This document shows, piece after piece, positions 1-8,768 of a DNA stretch of 52,356 nucleotides. Made by a program: the position numbers and the translations under genes. Below the pieces are notes generated by a model, which made no database searches, was not told the origin of the DNA, and saw nothing but the letters and a program-made list of their open reading frames with translations. How positions within the stretch are numbered: position 1 is the stretch's first letter; each line of letters opens with the position of its first letter. Source of the stretch: Bacilli bacterium (GTDB lineage Bacteria > Bacillota_I > Bacilli_A > RFN20 > CAG-288); the NCBI GenBank assembly GCA_022780765.1, contig JALEUS010000054.1, forward strand, positions 1-52,356. The letters run 5' to 3'.

Positions 1-1
1 G

Positions 2-136
2 TATCCTAAAGTGCTTGTCACTCCTCATGTCGGTTCATCAACAGATAGAGCACTGATCGATATGATTGAAACATCCTTGAAGAATATGGATGAGTATTTA
101 ACTACAGGTAAATGCTCTAATTCACTGATAAAATAA
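2..136 (+). CDS. 3' end of a D-isomer-specific 2-hydroxyacid dehydrogenase family gene (partial; 5' end lies outside the window)
   Basis: Frame 2 reads YPKVLVTPHVGSSTDRALIDMIETSLKNMDEYLTTGKCSNSLIK*. The TPH(V/I)G(G/S)ST stretch with the catalytic His is typical of this family. A terminator follows. Confidence 0.6.
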   Translation, partial: YPKVLVTPHVGSSTDRALIDMIETSLKNMDEYLTTGKCSNSLIK

Positions 137-163
137 TAATTTATTAATTAATATTATCTTAGG

Positions 164-192
164 CCCTGATAAATAAAAGTCAGGGTTTTTTT
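164..192 (+). terminator. Rho-independent terminator
   Basis: Stem CCCTGA (164-169) pairs with TCAGGG (180-185) around a 10-nt loop, followed by T7 (186-192). Confidence 0.75.
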
Positions 193-329
193 ATAAATTC
201 TAAATAGTTTAATATTTTTTTGCTTTTTTCTTAGAAATATATGAATATATATTATTGATATAAAAAATAAGAACCAATTTATTGAGATATGAATGATAGT
301 CTAGAAGATCTGACATAAAAAATAAAATA

Positions 330-1386
330 TTGAATTTACTATCTCTGCTGTTTCTCTCCCTGTCTATGAGTTTAACAGGTTGTAAAATACTGACTCTTCA
401 AAAAGCAGTGCAAGCTGCACTTCACCTGCTATCTACTACAAATCTTGCATCTGCAGTGAAAAGGGAACGGAGACTTTTATAACAAGTGTCCCATTAGCAC
501 ACAGTGTGTTATAAAACTGCTCTTATGATCAGCAAAGCATGCTAGATACATACAACAGGAGCGGAGAATGCCTCTCTTATCATCAATCTATTGATGAAGA
601 TATTTTAAGTGAAAACAATCTCATCTTTGAAGAAGAAACTGATACGAGATGCAAAGTTGTCAAATATAAGAGATACTATAACGATGAAAGAGATGATTTT
701 GTTGTCATTCCTAGGACATGGCAAGGAAAAGAAGTTTACTCTGTAGCAGAAAATGCTTTTAAAGATAAAGAGAACATCGGCACAGGCACTATCACTGAAA
801 ACGTCACATGTATCGACGATTACGCTTTAATAACTGCACCTATCTTGTAAATGTGTACTTAGCTAATGTGTCAAGTATAGATAGCTACGCTTTCTCCTGT
901 ACCAGTCTTGCACAGATAACTTTATCTGATACCATAAATATCAAAGATGAGCACGCTTTTGATGGTGCAGGACTCACTAATATAAATCTCAAGAATATCT
1001 CTATTGTTAGAGAACATGCATTTGCAAACTGCTCATCTTTAAGAAGTGTAGACTTCTCTTTATCAGGAATCACTGAACTTCCAGATTTTATATTTAAAAA
1101 CTGCACTTCCTTAGATAATGTCAGCATTCCAAGTACAGCCAACATGATAAAAGATGGAGCCATTGAAGGTTATACTCAACTTAAGAAGATATTCATCTCA
1201 GTCAGTGTTACTTACATCGGTTATGACCAAAGTTTATACGCTGTCTTCACAGGTTGCACATCTCTATCTGATGTTTATTATTCAGAAACAAGCGATCAGT
1301 GGAACAGTATTACCATCGCTTGTGATTACGATAAAGAGATCTTAAGTTCAGATAAAATTCATTTCAATTCCACACATATTGAATAG
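330..1386 (+). pseudogene. Decayed BspA-type leucine-rich-repeat lipoprotein gene in three reading-frame fragments
   Basis: Signal peptide plus lipobox (LNLLSLLFLSLSMSLTGC, 330-383). The frame is lost at A-run 384-387. There is an in-frame TAA at 512-514. ORFs 539..850 and 808..1386 carry LRR periodicity (..VYSVAENAF.., ..SIDSYAFSCTSLAQITL.., ..IVREHAFANCSSLRSV..) and join only if one T is added at T-run 826-828 (DDYA|FNNCTYL). Confidence 0.75.
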
Positions 1387-1500
1387 TACTAGCCAGTAAA
1401 ATAATAGATATTATAGATACAAGTGTAAAAATCATAAAAAATTAATTAAATGATTTTGCCAATAATGTATAATATTTATAACTAAATAGGAAGTATCATT

Positions 1501-4188
1501 ATGAAAAAGCATTACTTTTGCAAATTCATCATATCGGTCATCTGTTTGACGATGTCACTTTTCAGTTGTCAAAAGAATGGGAATGAAAACTCATCTGTTG
1601 AACCTGATACACCTTTACAACCGAAAAGTCAGCTTCTTGAAAAACCGGACTGGTCTCTTGAAGATGATAATTTAATAGAATACGATAAAGAAGGTTACTA
1701 TGACAGCAATGTCTTTATAGATGTCGAACCAAATTTTACATTTAAACTAGCTCAGAATGATAAGAGCAAAGAGATGTATGATCCAACATCAGAGTTAAAG
1801 GTCTACGATTCTCAGCACATCATTAAATCACTTAACTACACCTACAGCGATTACATATATTCATTTTCACCGATTGAACCATATGAGAAGGGAAGATATT
1901 ACACTATTGAGATAAATGATAATTCTACCCTGATATTCAAAGATAAGAATCCATCTTTAAGAGAGGTACATTTCAATGTCAAGGCTGAAGAGAAAAAGAT
2001 CTTCGATGTCAGAGATGATGTAAAAAAGTTTCTTCTGGATGATATCATCTCTCAAGCTGATAACCCTTTAGATAACACCTACTCACTGACTATCAAAAAG
2101 CCGTTGAATCTAAAACAAGGAGACACTTTCCTTTTCTATAATGGAAAAGAGATGGATGATGATTCCTTCTTCGGTGAGTTCATCAAAGAAGAAAAGGTAT
2201 CAAACACATATCTGGTGACCTACACTGTTCCTGACTTAAATAAAGTCTTCAAAGAGGATGGAGTAGATGTTCTTATCAGAGACTATCAGCAAGGAGAGCT
2301 TGAAGATCTGCAGCTCAACTCTAAAAAGAACATTGAAAACCAAGTGAAGAATTCTAAAGCTCTGACAAACTTTTTTTATCAAAACTATCTGCAGGTTGTC
2401 AAAGATGACCAGCTGATACTTAGAAAAAAAGACTTCCTAGATTTCGTCGATATGGCATCCATCAATATCGATTTCGGTTTAAAGTGGCCAGGCTGGTCTT
2501 TCGAACTGAATATCTCCTTTACAGTACCCATGGAAAACAAGATTTCAGACTACACTGATTTGACATGGAATTTTAACTACTACAGGCTTTCAAACAACTC
2601 TATTTCATCATCCTTTAAGCTGAGAAAGAAACTTGGAATACCCTACTGGGCTGACATGAGTTTCGATCTGAAAGAAGATGTCTCTAATTCCTTTACTGTC
2701 ACAGTTGCTTTCGGCCCCAAATTCAAAGAAGATGATGACGATAAAAGAAAGAAGTATCAGTCTTTAAAAGACTATGTGAAAAGCGAAGTCTCTAACTTGA
2801 AACAAGCTGACAGCAAATTCAAAACATACGATAAGCTCAGCAGTGATAATGTGAATCTATCTGGAAACAAACTCTCTATCGCCATAGGAAAAGGAAGATG
2901 GCCTTTCTATGTCTTTGATCTGTACATCTCCTTTTCAATAGATGTGACTTTGGACTTGAAAGGTGTTTTCAATTACAACTACACATCACGAAGTGTCAAC
3001 CACATCATAGAATATAAAAACAGTGAGGATGATGTCAAAGGTGGAACAAGCAAAGAGTACAGCAGCTCATCTCACGATATAGCGATAGGTGCAAAGTTAT
3101 CTTTTTCACTCGGAATAAATTTCACTATCGGTTTAGGAGTGGTCGGACTTGAAAAATACATTCATCTGCAAGGTACTGCTTTTGTAGGAGTCTACTTCAA
3201 GGCGCAGATCTTTGGAGTTGTGATGATTCAAAACTTCAATGAAGAACAGAGCAAGAGTACTATCAATTACTCCGGTTTTATTGAAGCCGGTTTCCTGTTC
3301 ACTTTAAAAGTAGATTTGAAATTCTTCTTTTTAGGTGTTTCATTTACACCGCTACTAATAAAAGTACCGTTTTTCTCAGTGTCTAACGATGTGCAGATAA
3401 TGAGCTATGTCAAAGAAGAAGAGATCACAATTCATGAGAAAGAATTTGATATCAACACTACCGAGCTTCTCTCTTTCTATGTCTTCGATCCTTACTTCAT
3501 GCGCAACAGAGAAGAGACCTACGATGCTGATAAGGAAGTGAACATATATCGAAACAAAAAGAACGTCACTGAAAGAATGTTTAATTTCACTTTCAAAGAA
3601 GGAAAGTATCTTTACTACAGAGACGGAAAGATACACATCAAAGATAATGCTCCTATCGATTTTTATGATACCATGTACATAGATACTCCTGAGGAGATAT
3701 ACAGATTATCTGATGGTGAAAAGCATCTCAAAGAAGTACCTATCCACTACATCTCTTCTTTGGCTAGACCGATATACATCGATGACCTCTTCATAGGTTA
3801 CCAGTACTGGGGAGAAAAATTTAAACTCCCAAAAGCACAGGAGAAGAAAGGATATAAATTCTACGGTTATCAGTACGAGAGAACATCTTACTATTATGAT
3901 GAGAATGAAGAGATCATCATCCAGAAAGGAGAAGATATTTTACAACCTGTCCACTTCTACACCTCTTATTATGAGTATGTAACCTTCACAGTCAACTTCT
4001 ACGATGGGAAAGAAAATCTGATCTCTTCTCAGCAGGTAGAAAGAGGAAAAAGTGCTGTTGAGCCATCTGCTTCACTCAGAGATAAAAACATGTCAGGATA
4101 CACATTCATCTGCTGGTCTACTGATTTTTCTAAGGTGTTTTACGACCTTGATATCTACGGAATATACGGAGGTATCGAAAATGTTTAA
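1501..4188 (+). CDS. Large predicted lipoprotein (895 aa) with C-terminal Listeria-Bacteroides (Flg_new) repeats; the central domain is unassigned
   Basis: AGGAAG lies 8 nt upstream of the ATG. The N-terminus MKKHYFCKFIISVICLTMSLFSC has a signal peptide and an LFSC lipobox. The C-terminal end has two Flg_new-like units (KGYKFYGYQYE; VTFTVNFYDGKENLISSQQVERGKSAVEP..GYTFICWSTD). Confidence 0.85.
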   Translation: MKKHYFCKFIISVICLTMSLFSCQKNGNENSSVEPDTPLQPKSQLLEKPDWSLEDDNLIEYDKEGYYDSNVFIDVEPNFTFKLAQNDKSKEMYDPTSELKVYDSQHIIKSLNYTYSDYIYSFSPIEPYEKGRYYTIEINDNSTLIFKDKNPSLREVHFNVKAEEKKIFDVRDDVKKFLLDDIISQADNPLDNTYSLTIKKPLNLKQGDTFLFYNGKEMDDDSFFGEFIKEEKVSNTYLVTYTVPDLNKVFKEDGVDVLIRDYQQGELEDLQLNSKKNIENQVKNSKALTNFFYQNYLQVVKDDQLILRKKDFLDFVDMASINIDFGLKWPGWSFELNISFTVPMENKISDYTDLTWNFNYYRLSNNSISSSFKLRKKLGIPYWADMSFDLKEDVSNSFTVTVAFGPKFKEDDDDKRKKYQSLKDYVKSEVSNLKQADSKFKTYDKLSSDNVNLSGNKLSIAIGKGRWPFYVFDLYISFSIDVTLDLKGVFNYNYTSRSVNHIIEYKNSEDDVKGGTSKEYSSSSHDIAIGAKLSFSLGINFTIGLGVVGLEKYIHLQGTAFVGVYFKAQIFGVVMIQNFNEEQSKSTINYSGFIEAGFLFTLKVDLKFFFLGVSFTPLLIKVPFFSVSNDVQIMSYVKEEEITIHEKEFDINTTELLSFYVFDPYFMRNREETYDADKEVNIYRNKKNVTERMFNFTFKEGKYLYYRDGKIHIKDNAPIDFYDTMYIDTPEEIYRLSDGEKHLKEVPIHYISSLARPIYIDDLFIGYQYWGEKFKLPKAQEKKGYKFYGYQYERTSYYYDENEEIIIQKGEDILQPVHFYTSYYEYVTFTVNFYDGKENLISSQQVERGKSAVEPSASLRDKNMSGYTFICWSTDFSKVFYDLDIYGIYGGIENV

Positions 4189-5485
4189 AAAATTGATTTT
4201 ACTCCTTTTATCTTTCTTGATGATTCCTTCTTTATATTCAACTTCAAACTCTTCTTTTTCTTCTGATAATATCTTAGAAGTCAAACCTCCCTACGTCCCT
4301 GAAGTGACGCCTGAAAAAGAAAAATCGATAGTGAAAGTAAACATCATCAACATTCCTGAAGAAGGAATCAAAATAGGTCACTTCGATGAGCATAATATTC
4401 AGTATGAATATGTTTACGATGACTCTAGCAAAGACTATTTTCCACTTAAAGAATCATCCTTCCCCGAGAGGATAAGGCATGATGTTTTAGGTAGAGAAGG
4501 AACCTACAAGTTAAATCTGTTAATAAAAAATGTTGAAACAGTATTCTCTTTCACAATGCTTCCTACAGATAAGATATACACAGTGGACCTTATCGATTTT
4601 GATGACACATTGATATCTTCCCAACAGGTAAAGCACAACGACTATCCTATCTTCCCTATTAAGAATCCTCATCGTCATCAAGATAACAGTCACAGATATA
4701 TCTTTGACTCATGGAGCTACACCGGTTTGATAGATGATAACTCTCCTAAAAAGATCAAAGCCAATTACACATCTGTTTCAAAGTATAAGGACTTTGTCTC
4801 TACTAAAGATGATGTCTTAACAAAGAAAGATGACTCATCTTTCACAATCTATCTAGGAAGATATTACAAGGTTCCTATCTACTGCTCTCCAAGTATTGCT
4901 ATCTCTTCATCTTCAAAGACAGTGATACCTTACGACATGACAGATTGCTCGCAGGAGATAGTAGAGACTTACAAGGATAGACTTCTTTCCTCCTTCCTTC
5001 AGATCTACAATTTCTCATACGATTCTAACAACAGGTTTACTAACTTTGAACGTTACGAGATAACCAAAGATCTTCTCACATTCGGAAGAGACGATGACAG
5101 AAAGGTGTTGATGCTCAGCGATGATGAATATGTCACTTTATCTTCTTCATCAGTCATCGACATGATGAACTCTATTGCAAACGATGATTCCTACGCAAAA
5201 GGAGAGTACATAATACCTGAGAACTACAATGTGAATGGATCATATTACGCTGTCAATCTCTTCATGAACATCGATATCTTCATCAATGTGTCTTACTCAT
5301 ACGATACGCTCAACAAAAGATACAGATTCACCTTATCTGAAATAAACATGTCCTCAGCTGATCACTTTATCGATCTGGTTTACAGAGGACTTCATGACAC
5401 TGAGAAAAGGCCAACCGGTAAATATAAGATAAATCTGATGGGTGATAATTTTGAATCTCTTATCAGCAAGGAAGTGATCTTATGA
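4181..5485 (+). CDS. Secreted protein of unknown function (434 aa) with one Flg_new-like repeat
   Basis: The ORF-track start at 4052 lies inside the upstream gene. The ATG at 4181 overlaps the upstream stop (ATGTTTAA) and opens a cleavable-type signal peptide MFKKLILLLLSFLMIPSLYS with no Cys. The repeat is YTVDLIDFDDTLISSQQV..YIFDSWSY. Confidence 0.8.
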   Translation: MFKKLILLLLSFLMIPSLYSTSNSSFSSDNILEVKPPYVPEVTPEKEKSIVKVNIINIPEEGIKIGHFDEHNIQYEYVYDDSSKDYFPLKESSFPERIRHDVLGREGTYKLNLLIKNVETVFSFTMLPTDKIYTVDLIDFDDTLISSQQVKHNDYPIFPIKNPHRHQDNSHRYIFDSWSYTGLIDDNSPKKIKANYTSVSKYKDFVSTKDDVLTKKDDSSFTIYLGRYYKVPIYCSPSIAISSSSKTVIPYDMTDCSQEIVETYKDRLLSSFLQIYNFSYDSNNRFTNFERYEITKDLLTFGRDDDRKVLMLSDDEYVTLSSSSVIDMMNSIANDDSYAKGEYIIPENYNVNGSYYAVNLFMNIDIFINVSYSYDTLNKRYRFTLSEINMSSADHFIDLVYRGLHDTEKRPTGKYKINLMGDNFESLISKEVIL

Positions 5486-8277
5486 AAAAAAGATACATAT
5501 TCCTTCCTCTTCTTATCTCTTCAGCTATCTTAGCGACAGGATTATCTCTCATCTTGATCTCCATGTCTGATGAGGAACAGATATATAAATCAGCATGTAG
5601 ACTGTTAAATGACTACGATTATCTGAACGCTCACGATCAGTTTAAAAAGGTCAGGGGATACAAAGACAGCGATATTAAAGATGCGATAGCGACCTCTTTA
5701 AACTATCTGACTGAAGATAAAGATTATGAAAGAGCAATCGATACTATTGTAAAAAGTAGCGGTTGTGTCAACGTCGACTTCCTTTCAGATGGAAGCAAGA
5801 ACAATTCAAAAATAATCAAATCCAGATACATCGATGAAACAAGCTACAAAGAACATTACTCATTTAGCGGATGGAAACTTAACACTTTCTATTATGTTGA
5901 AGACTCAACCACAGTGAACATATCTCTTATAGCAGACTTTAAAGAAGACACCTACTCTATCGACTACGATGTTCTCCCCGGTTTTATCATCGACGCTAAA
6001 ACAAAATACAATTACAATCAGGAAGATATAATAATTCCTTCACCGACAAGAGAAGGATACTCTTTCATCGGATGGAAGGTCAACGATGAAGAAAACATAT
6101 ACCAGAATTACACGATAAAAAAAGGCTCATCAGGGAACTTCTTTTTTAAAGCTGTTTACGAAGCTAAAACTTACACTATTAACTTAAATCCAAACGGAGG
6201 AGATTGCTCGATCTCTTCTTTAGATGTGAAATATGATGAGATGCTCTCTTTACCAGAGTGTAAAAAAGAGAATTACACTTTCTTAGGTTGGTATCTTGAT
6301 GATACAAAGATAGAAGGAAAGTACACAATCGATAAAAATGTGACATTGACTGCCAAATTCACTCCTTCAACTTACAGGATAAATTACAATCTCGAAGGAG
6401 GATACTTCCTTTCCTCTTACCCTGAATACTACTCCTATTCAACAGAGAGAGTAAAGATACCTTACCCATCGAGAAAAGATTCTGTCTTCTGCGGATGGAT
6501 CATTGATGATGACACTGTTGTTTTAGATTACGAGATCCTTCCTTTATCAACAGGAGAAATTAATTTAAGAGCACTTTTTATCAATGGAGAATTCTCGAAG
6601 AACAATACAAGAATAGAAAAACTGACTTCCTTCACTTCATATAGACAAGATGGGACAAGATATCCTGCTCATGTGCTAATTCCTTACTATGTCACTGAGA
6701 TCAGCGAAGATTGTTTTTCAACCATGGATGAGATACTCTCTTTCTCATTAGAATTAAACAATGACAATTTCCAGATTGAAAACGATTTTCTTTTGACAAA
6801 AGATAAGAAGAAAGCTCTCTTCTTTGCAAGAAGCAGAAAGTACTCCTCTGCTGACACTGTAATCTCTGTTCCCGACTCAGTGACATCCATCGGTAAAAAC
6901 TGCTTTTCAAATAACAGCCAAGCCACGGATAAACTGTCATACAGAATCAGAGGCAAAGTAGAAGGAAAGAATGTGACAGAGATATATGATAACGCGTTTT
7001 TCTACTCGTACATCAGCTCTGTTGATTTCCCTAAATGCAAATATATTGGAAACTATGCTTTCTATTACTGCACACAACTACTTGACTTCAATGACACATT
7101 TAAAAACATCTACTATCTTGGGGATTACTCTTTTGCTGGAAACAGAGCTGAAGAGATAACTTTATATGAGAATCTTGCTAAATTAGGATACAGGGTTTTT
7201 GAATCTTCAAGAATGAAGAGATTTTTCTGCTTATCTGATATCATCGATGACTTCTCAAGCGTATTACAAGGATGTGTCTTTTTGCAGGAGATATACTTAA
7301 AATCAGCTACAACCAGAATCCTCTCGATGTTTTCTTCATATATTCCTTCATCTTTAGTGAAGATAGAAGTAGGAAGTGGAAGTGCTATTCCAGATGAGTT
7401 TTTAAAAGATATAAGAAGCATAAACACAGTCTCTCTACCAAGAGATATTACCTCTATCGGTAAGTACGCTTTTAAAAACAATTCGATATCTTCGATAGTT
7501 TTAGATGATGTTGTTACCATTGATGAATATGCCTTTTCAGGATGCAAAAATCTAACTTCAGTAGATTTATCTAATAATACAACTTTAAAGACGATAAAGA
7601 AATATGCTTTTGAAGACACAGGATTGAGTGAAATAACTATTCCTGAATCTGTAGAGACTATTGAAGACTATGCTTTTTATAATACCAAGTTAAAACAGAT
7701 AACTCTTCCCGTCTCCTCTTTTAAAAACTTTTCAAAGCTGTTTAATACTGATATTCCCTTTGATTCACTCAAGATAAACTTGACAGGAGAAGGAAAAATC
7801 AGTTACGACATGTTCTCCTCTTGCTACGGAATAGAAGAGATAAATGTGTCTGAAAATATCACTTTCGATGACAGAGCATTTAAAGATCTCACCACACTTA
7901 AAAAAATCTCTCTTCCCTCCTCAGTAAAAAAGATAACAAACTCAATGTTTTATAACTGCACCTCACTGGAAAACATCTATCTCCCTGAGATAGAGGAGAT
8001 AGGTACATACAGTTTTTATAACTGCTACAACCTTCAGTACATAAAATCTTCTTTAGGATATAATCATCTTCCAAGCACACTAAAAAAGATAGGTTCAAAC
8101 AGTTTAGGATCACTGACCAAGATACATGAGTTATACATACCTGAAGGAATAGAAAACATCTCTAAGGAAGCTTTTTTTAACTGCAATTATGATCTCTATT
8201 TCAAGAGTGGAACGGACACATCAAAATTCGATCCAGACTGGAATTACAACTTCTTTGGTCATGTGAACAATTACTGA
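5482..8277 (+). CDS. Membrane-anchored surface protein (931 aa): four Flg_new repeats plus a C-terminal BspA-type LRR domain
   Basis: The start overlaps the upstream stop (ATGA). There is an N-terminal hydrophobic anchor (IFLPLLISSAILATGLSLILI). Repeat hallmarks are YSFSGW, YSFIGW, YTFLGW and SVFCGW. LRR units include VTSIGKNCFSN and IPESVETIEDYAFYNTKLKQITLP. Confidence 0.9.
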   Translation: MKKRYIFLPLLISSAILATGLSLILISMSDEEQIYKSACRLLNDYDYLNAHDQFKKVRGYKDSDIKDAIATSLNYLTEDKDYERAIDTIVKSSGCVNVDFLSDGSKNNSKIIKSRYIDETSYKEHYSFSGWKLNTFYYVEDSTTVNISLIADFKEDTYSIDYDVLPGFIIDAKTKYNYNQEDIIIPSPTREGYSFIGWKVNDEENIYQNYTIKKGSSGNFFFKAVYEAKTYTINLNPNGGDCSISSLDVKYDEMLSLPECKKENYTFLGWYLDDTKIEGKYTIDKNVTLTAKFTPSTYRINYNLEGGYFLSSYPEYYSYSTERVKIPYPSRKDSVFCGWIIDDDTVVLDYEILPLSTGEINLRALFINGEFSKNNTRIEKLTSFTSYRQDGTRYPAHVLIPYYVTEISEDCFSTMDEILSFSLELNNDNFQIENDFLLTKDKKKALFFARSRKYSSADTVISVPDSVTSIGKNCFSNNSQATDKLSYRIRGKVEGKNVTEIYDNAFFYSYISSVDFPKCKYIGNYAFYYCTQLLDFNDTFKNIYYLGDYSFAGNRAEEITLYENLAKLGYRVFESSRMKRFFCLSDIIDDFSSVLQGCVFLQEIYLKSATTRILSMFSSYIPSSLVKIEVGSGSAIPDEFLKDIRSINTVSLPRDITSIGKYAFKNNSISSIVLDDVVTIDEYAFSGCKNLTSVDLSNNTTLKTIKKYAFEDTGLSEITIPESVETIEDYAFYNTKLKQITLPVSSFKNFSKLFNTDIPFDSLKINLTGEGKISYDMFSSCYGIEEINVSENITFDDRAFKDLTTLKKISLPSSVKKITNSMFYNCTSLENIYLPEIEEIGTYSFYNCYNLQYIKSSLGYNHLPSTLKKIGSNSLGSLTKIHELYIPEGIENISKEAFFNCNYDLYFKSGTDTSKFDPDWNYNFFGHVNNY
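5770..6580 (+). repeat. Four tandem Listeria-Bacteroides (Flg_new) repeat units, protein-level repeat (approximate bounds)
   Basis: A recurring ~70-aa pattern: Y.(I/V).(Y/L)...GG......(Y/V)......LP.P.R.GY.F.GW...... Confidence 0.6.
6667..8182 (+). repeat. BspA-type (LRR_5-like) leucine-rich repeat region, protein-level repeat (approximate bounds)
   Basis: About 20 units show I(P/S)..V..I...AF..C..L..I periodicity. Confidence 0.65.
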
Positions 8278-8290
8278 TTATGTACTCACT

Positions 8291-8316
8291 AAAAACAAGC
8301 CCTAAGGCTTGTTTTT
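8291..8316. terminator. Bidirectional rho-independent terminator between convergent genes
   Basis: AAAAACAAGCC-CTAA-GGCTTGTTTTT. The perfect stem has an A-run on one side and a T-run on the other, so it can serve both 5482..8277 (+) and 8349..8615 (-). Confidence 0.85.
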
Positions 8317-8348
8317 AAAGATATAAATAGCAATGGGGATATCAGAAA

Positions 8349-8615
8349 TTAAAAACTGAACTCTTTGATAAGTTTTTCAAATCCTGCTAGAGCTTCTTTT
8401 TCATCATCGCCTTCAAACAGGATCGTGATATTTGAATTGGTAGGCACAGGAGGCAAACCAAAAACATTCATTATCGACTTTAAATCGCATTCCTCTGAAG
8501 TTTCTAATTTCAAAGTGACATGGCAACGATAATGATTTGCTTCTTCGACTAATTCAGCTGATGATCTCGATGTAAGTCCACCGGAGTTTTTGACAGTAAT
8601 AATGATTTTTTCCAT
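8349..8615 (-). CDS. HPr-family phosphocarrier-like protein that lacks the His15 phosphorylation site (Crh-like)
   Basis: The 88-aa protein aligns over its full length with HPr/Crh. GGLTSRSS replaces G(I/L)HARPA, giving Thr at the His15 position. LKSIMNV retains the Ser46 region. Confidence 0.75.
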   Translation of the reverse strand: MEKIIITVKNSGGLTSRSSAELVEEANHYRCHVTLKLETSEECDLKSIMNVFGLPPVPTNSNITILFEGDDEKEALAGFEKLIKEFSF

Positions 8616-8635
8616 AGTATCTACCTACAAGAAAT

Positions 8636-8664
8636 ATAATATCACTTTTTGTAATCGCTTTCAA
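8636..8664 (-). promoter_or_regulatory. Sigma-A-type promoter for the HPr-like gene
   Basis: On the minus strand: -35 TTGAAA (8659-8664), a 17-nt spacer, then a TG-extended -10 TGATATTAT (hexamer 8636-8641). It lies about 20 nt upstream of the start codon. Confidence 0.55.
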
Positions 8665-8768
8665 TAGATAATTTCTTTTTATTTTTTGATGCTTTTTTAA
8701 CTGGTAAAAATTTTTAGATTTATCATCTTTTTTAATTAACTTTCCTTATATATAATTAGGTAGATACA

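Noticed and set aside
5485-5491. An A7 tract lies immediately after the ATG of the 931-aa surface-protein gene, with similar A5-A8 runs at other gene starts and at 10430-10437. These could be phase-variation tracts.
   Set aside because: They encode the usual MKK(K) N-termini of exported proteins in an AT-rich genome and are short for slipped-strand switching. There is no evidence of length heterogeneity from a single sequence.
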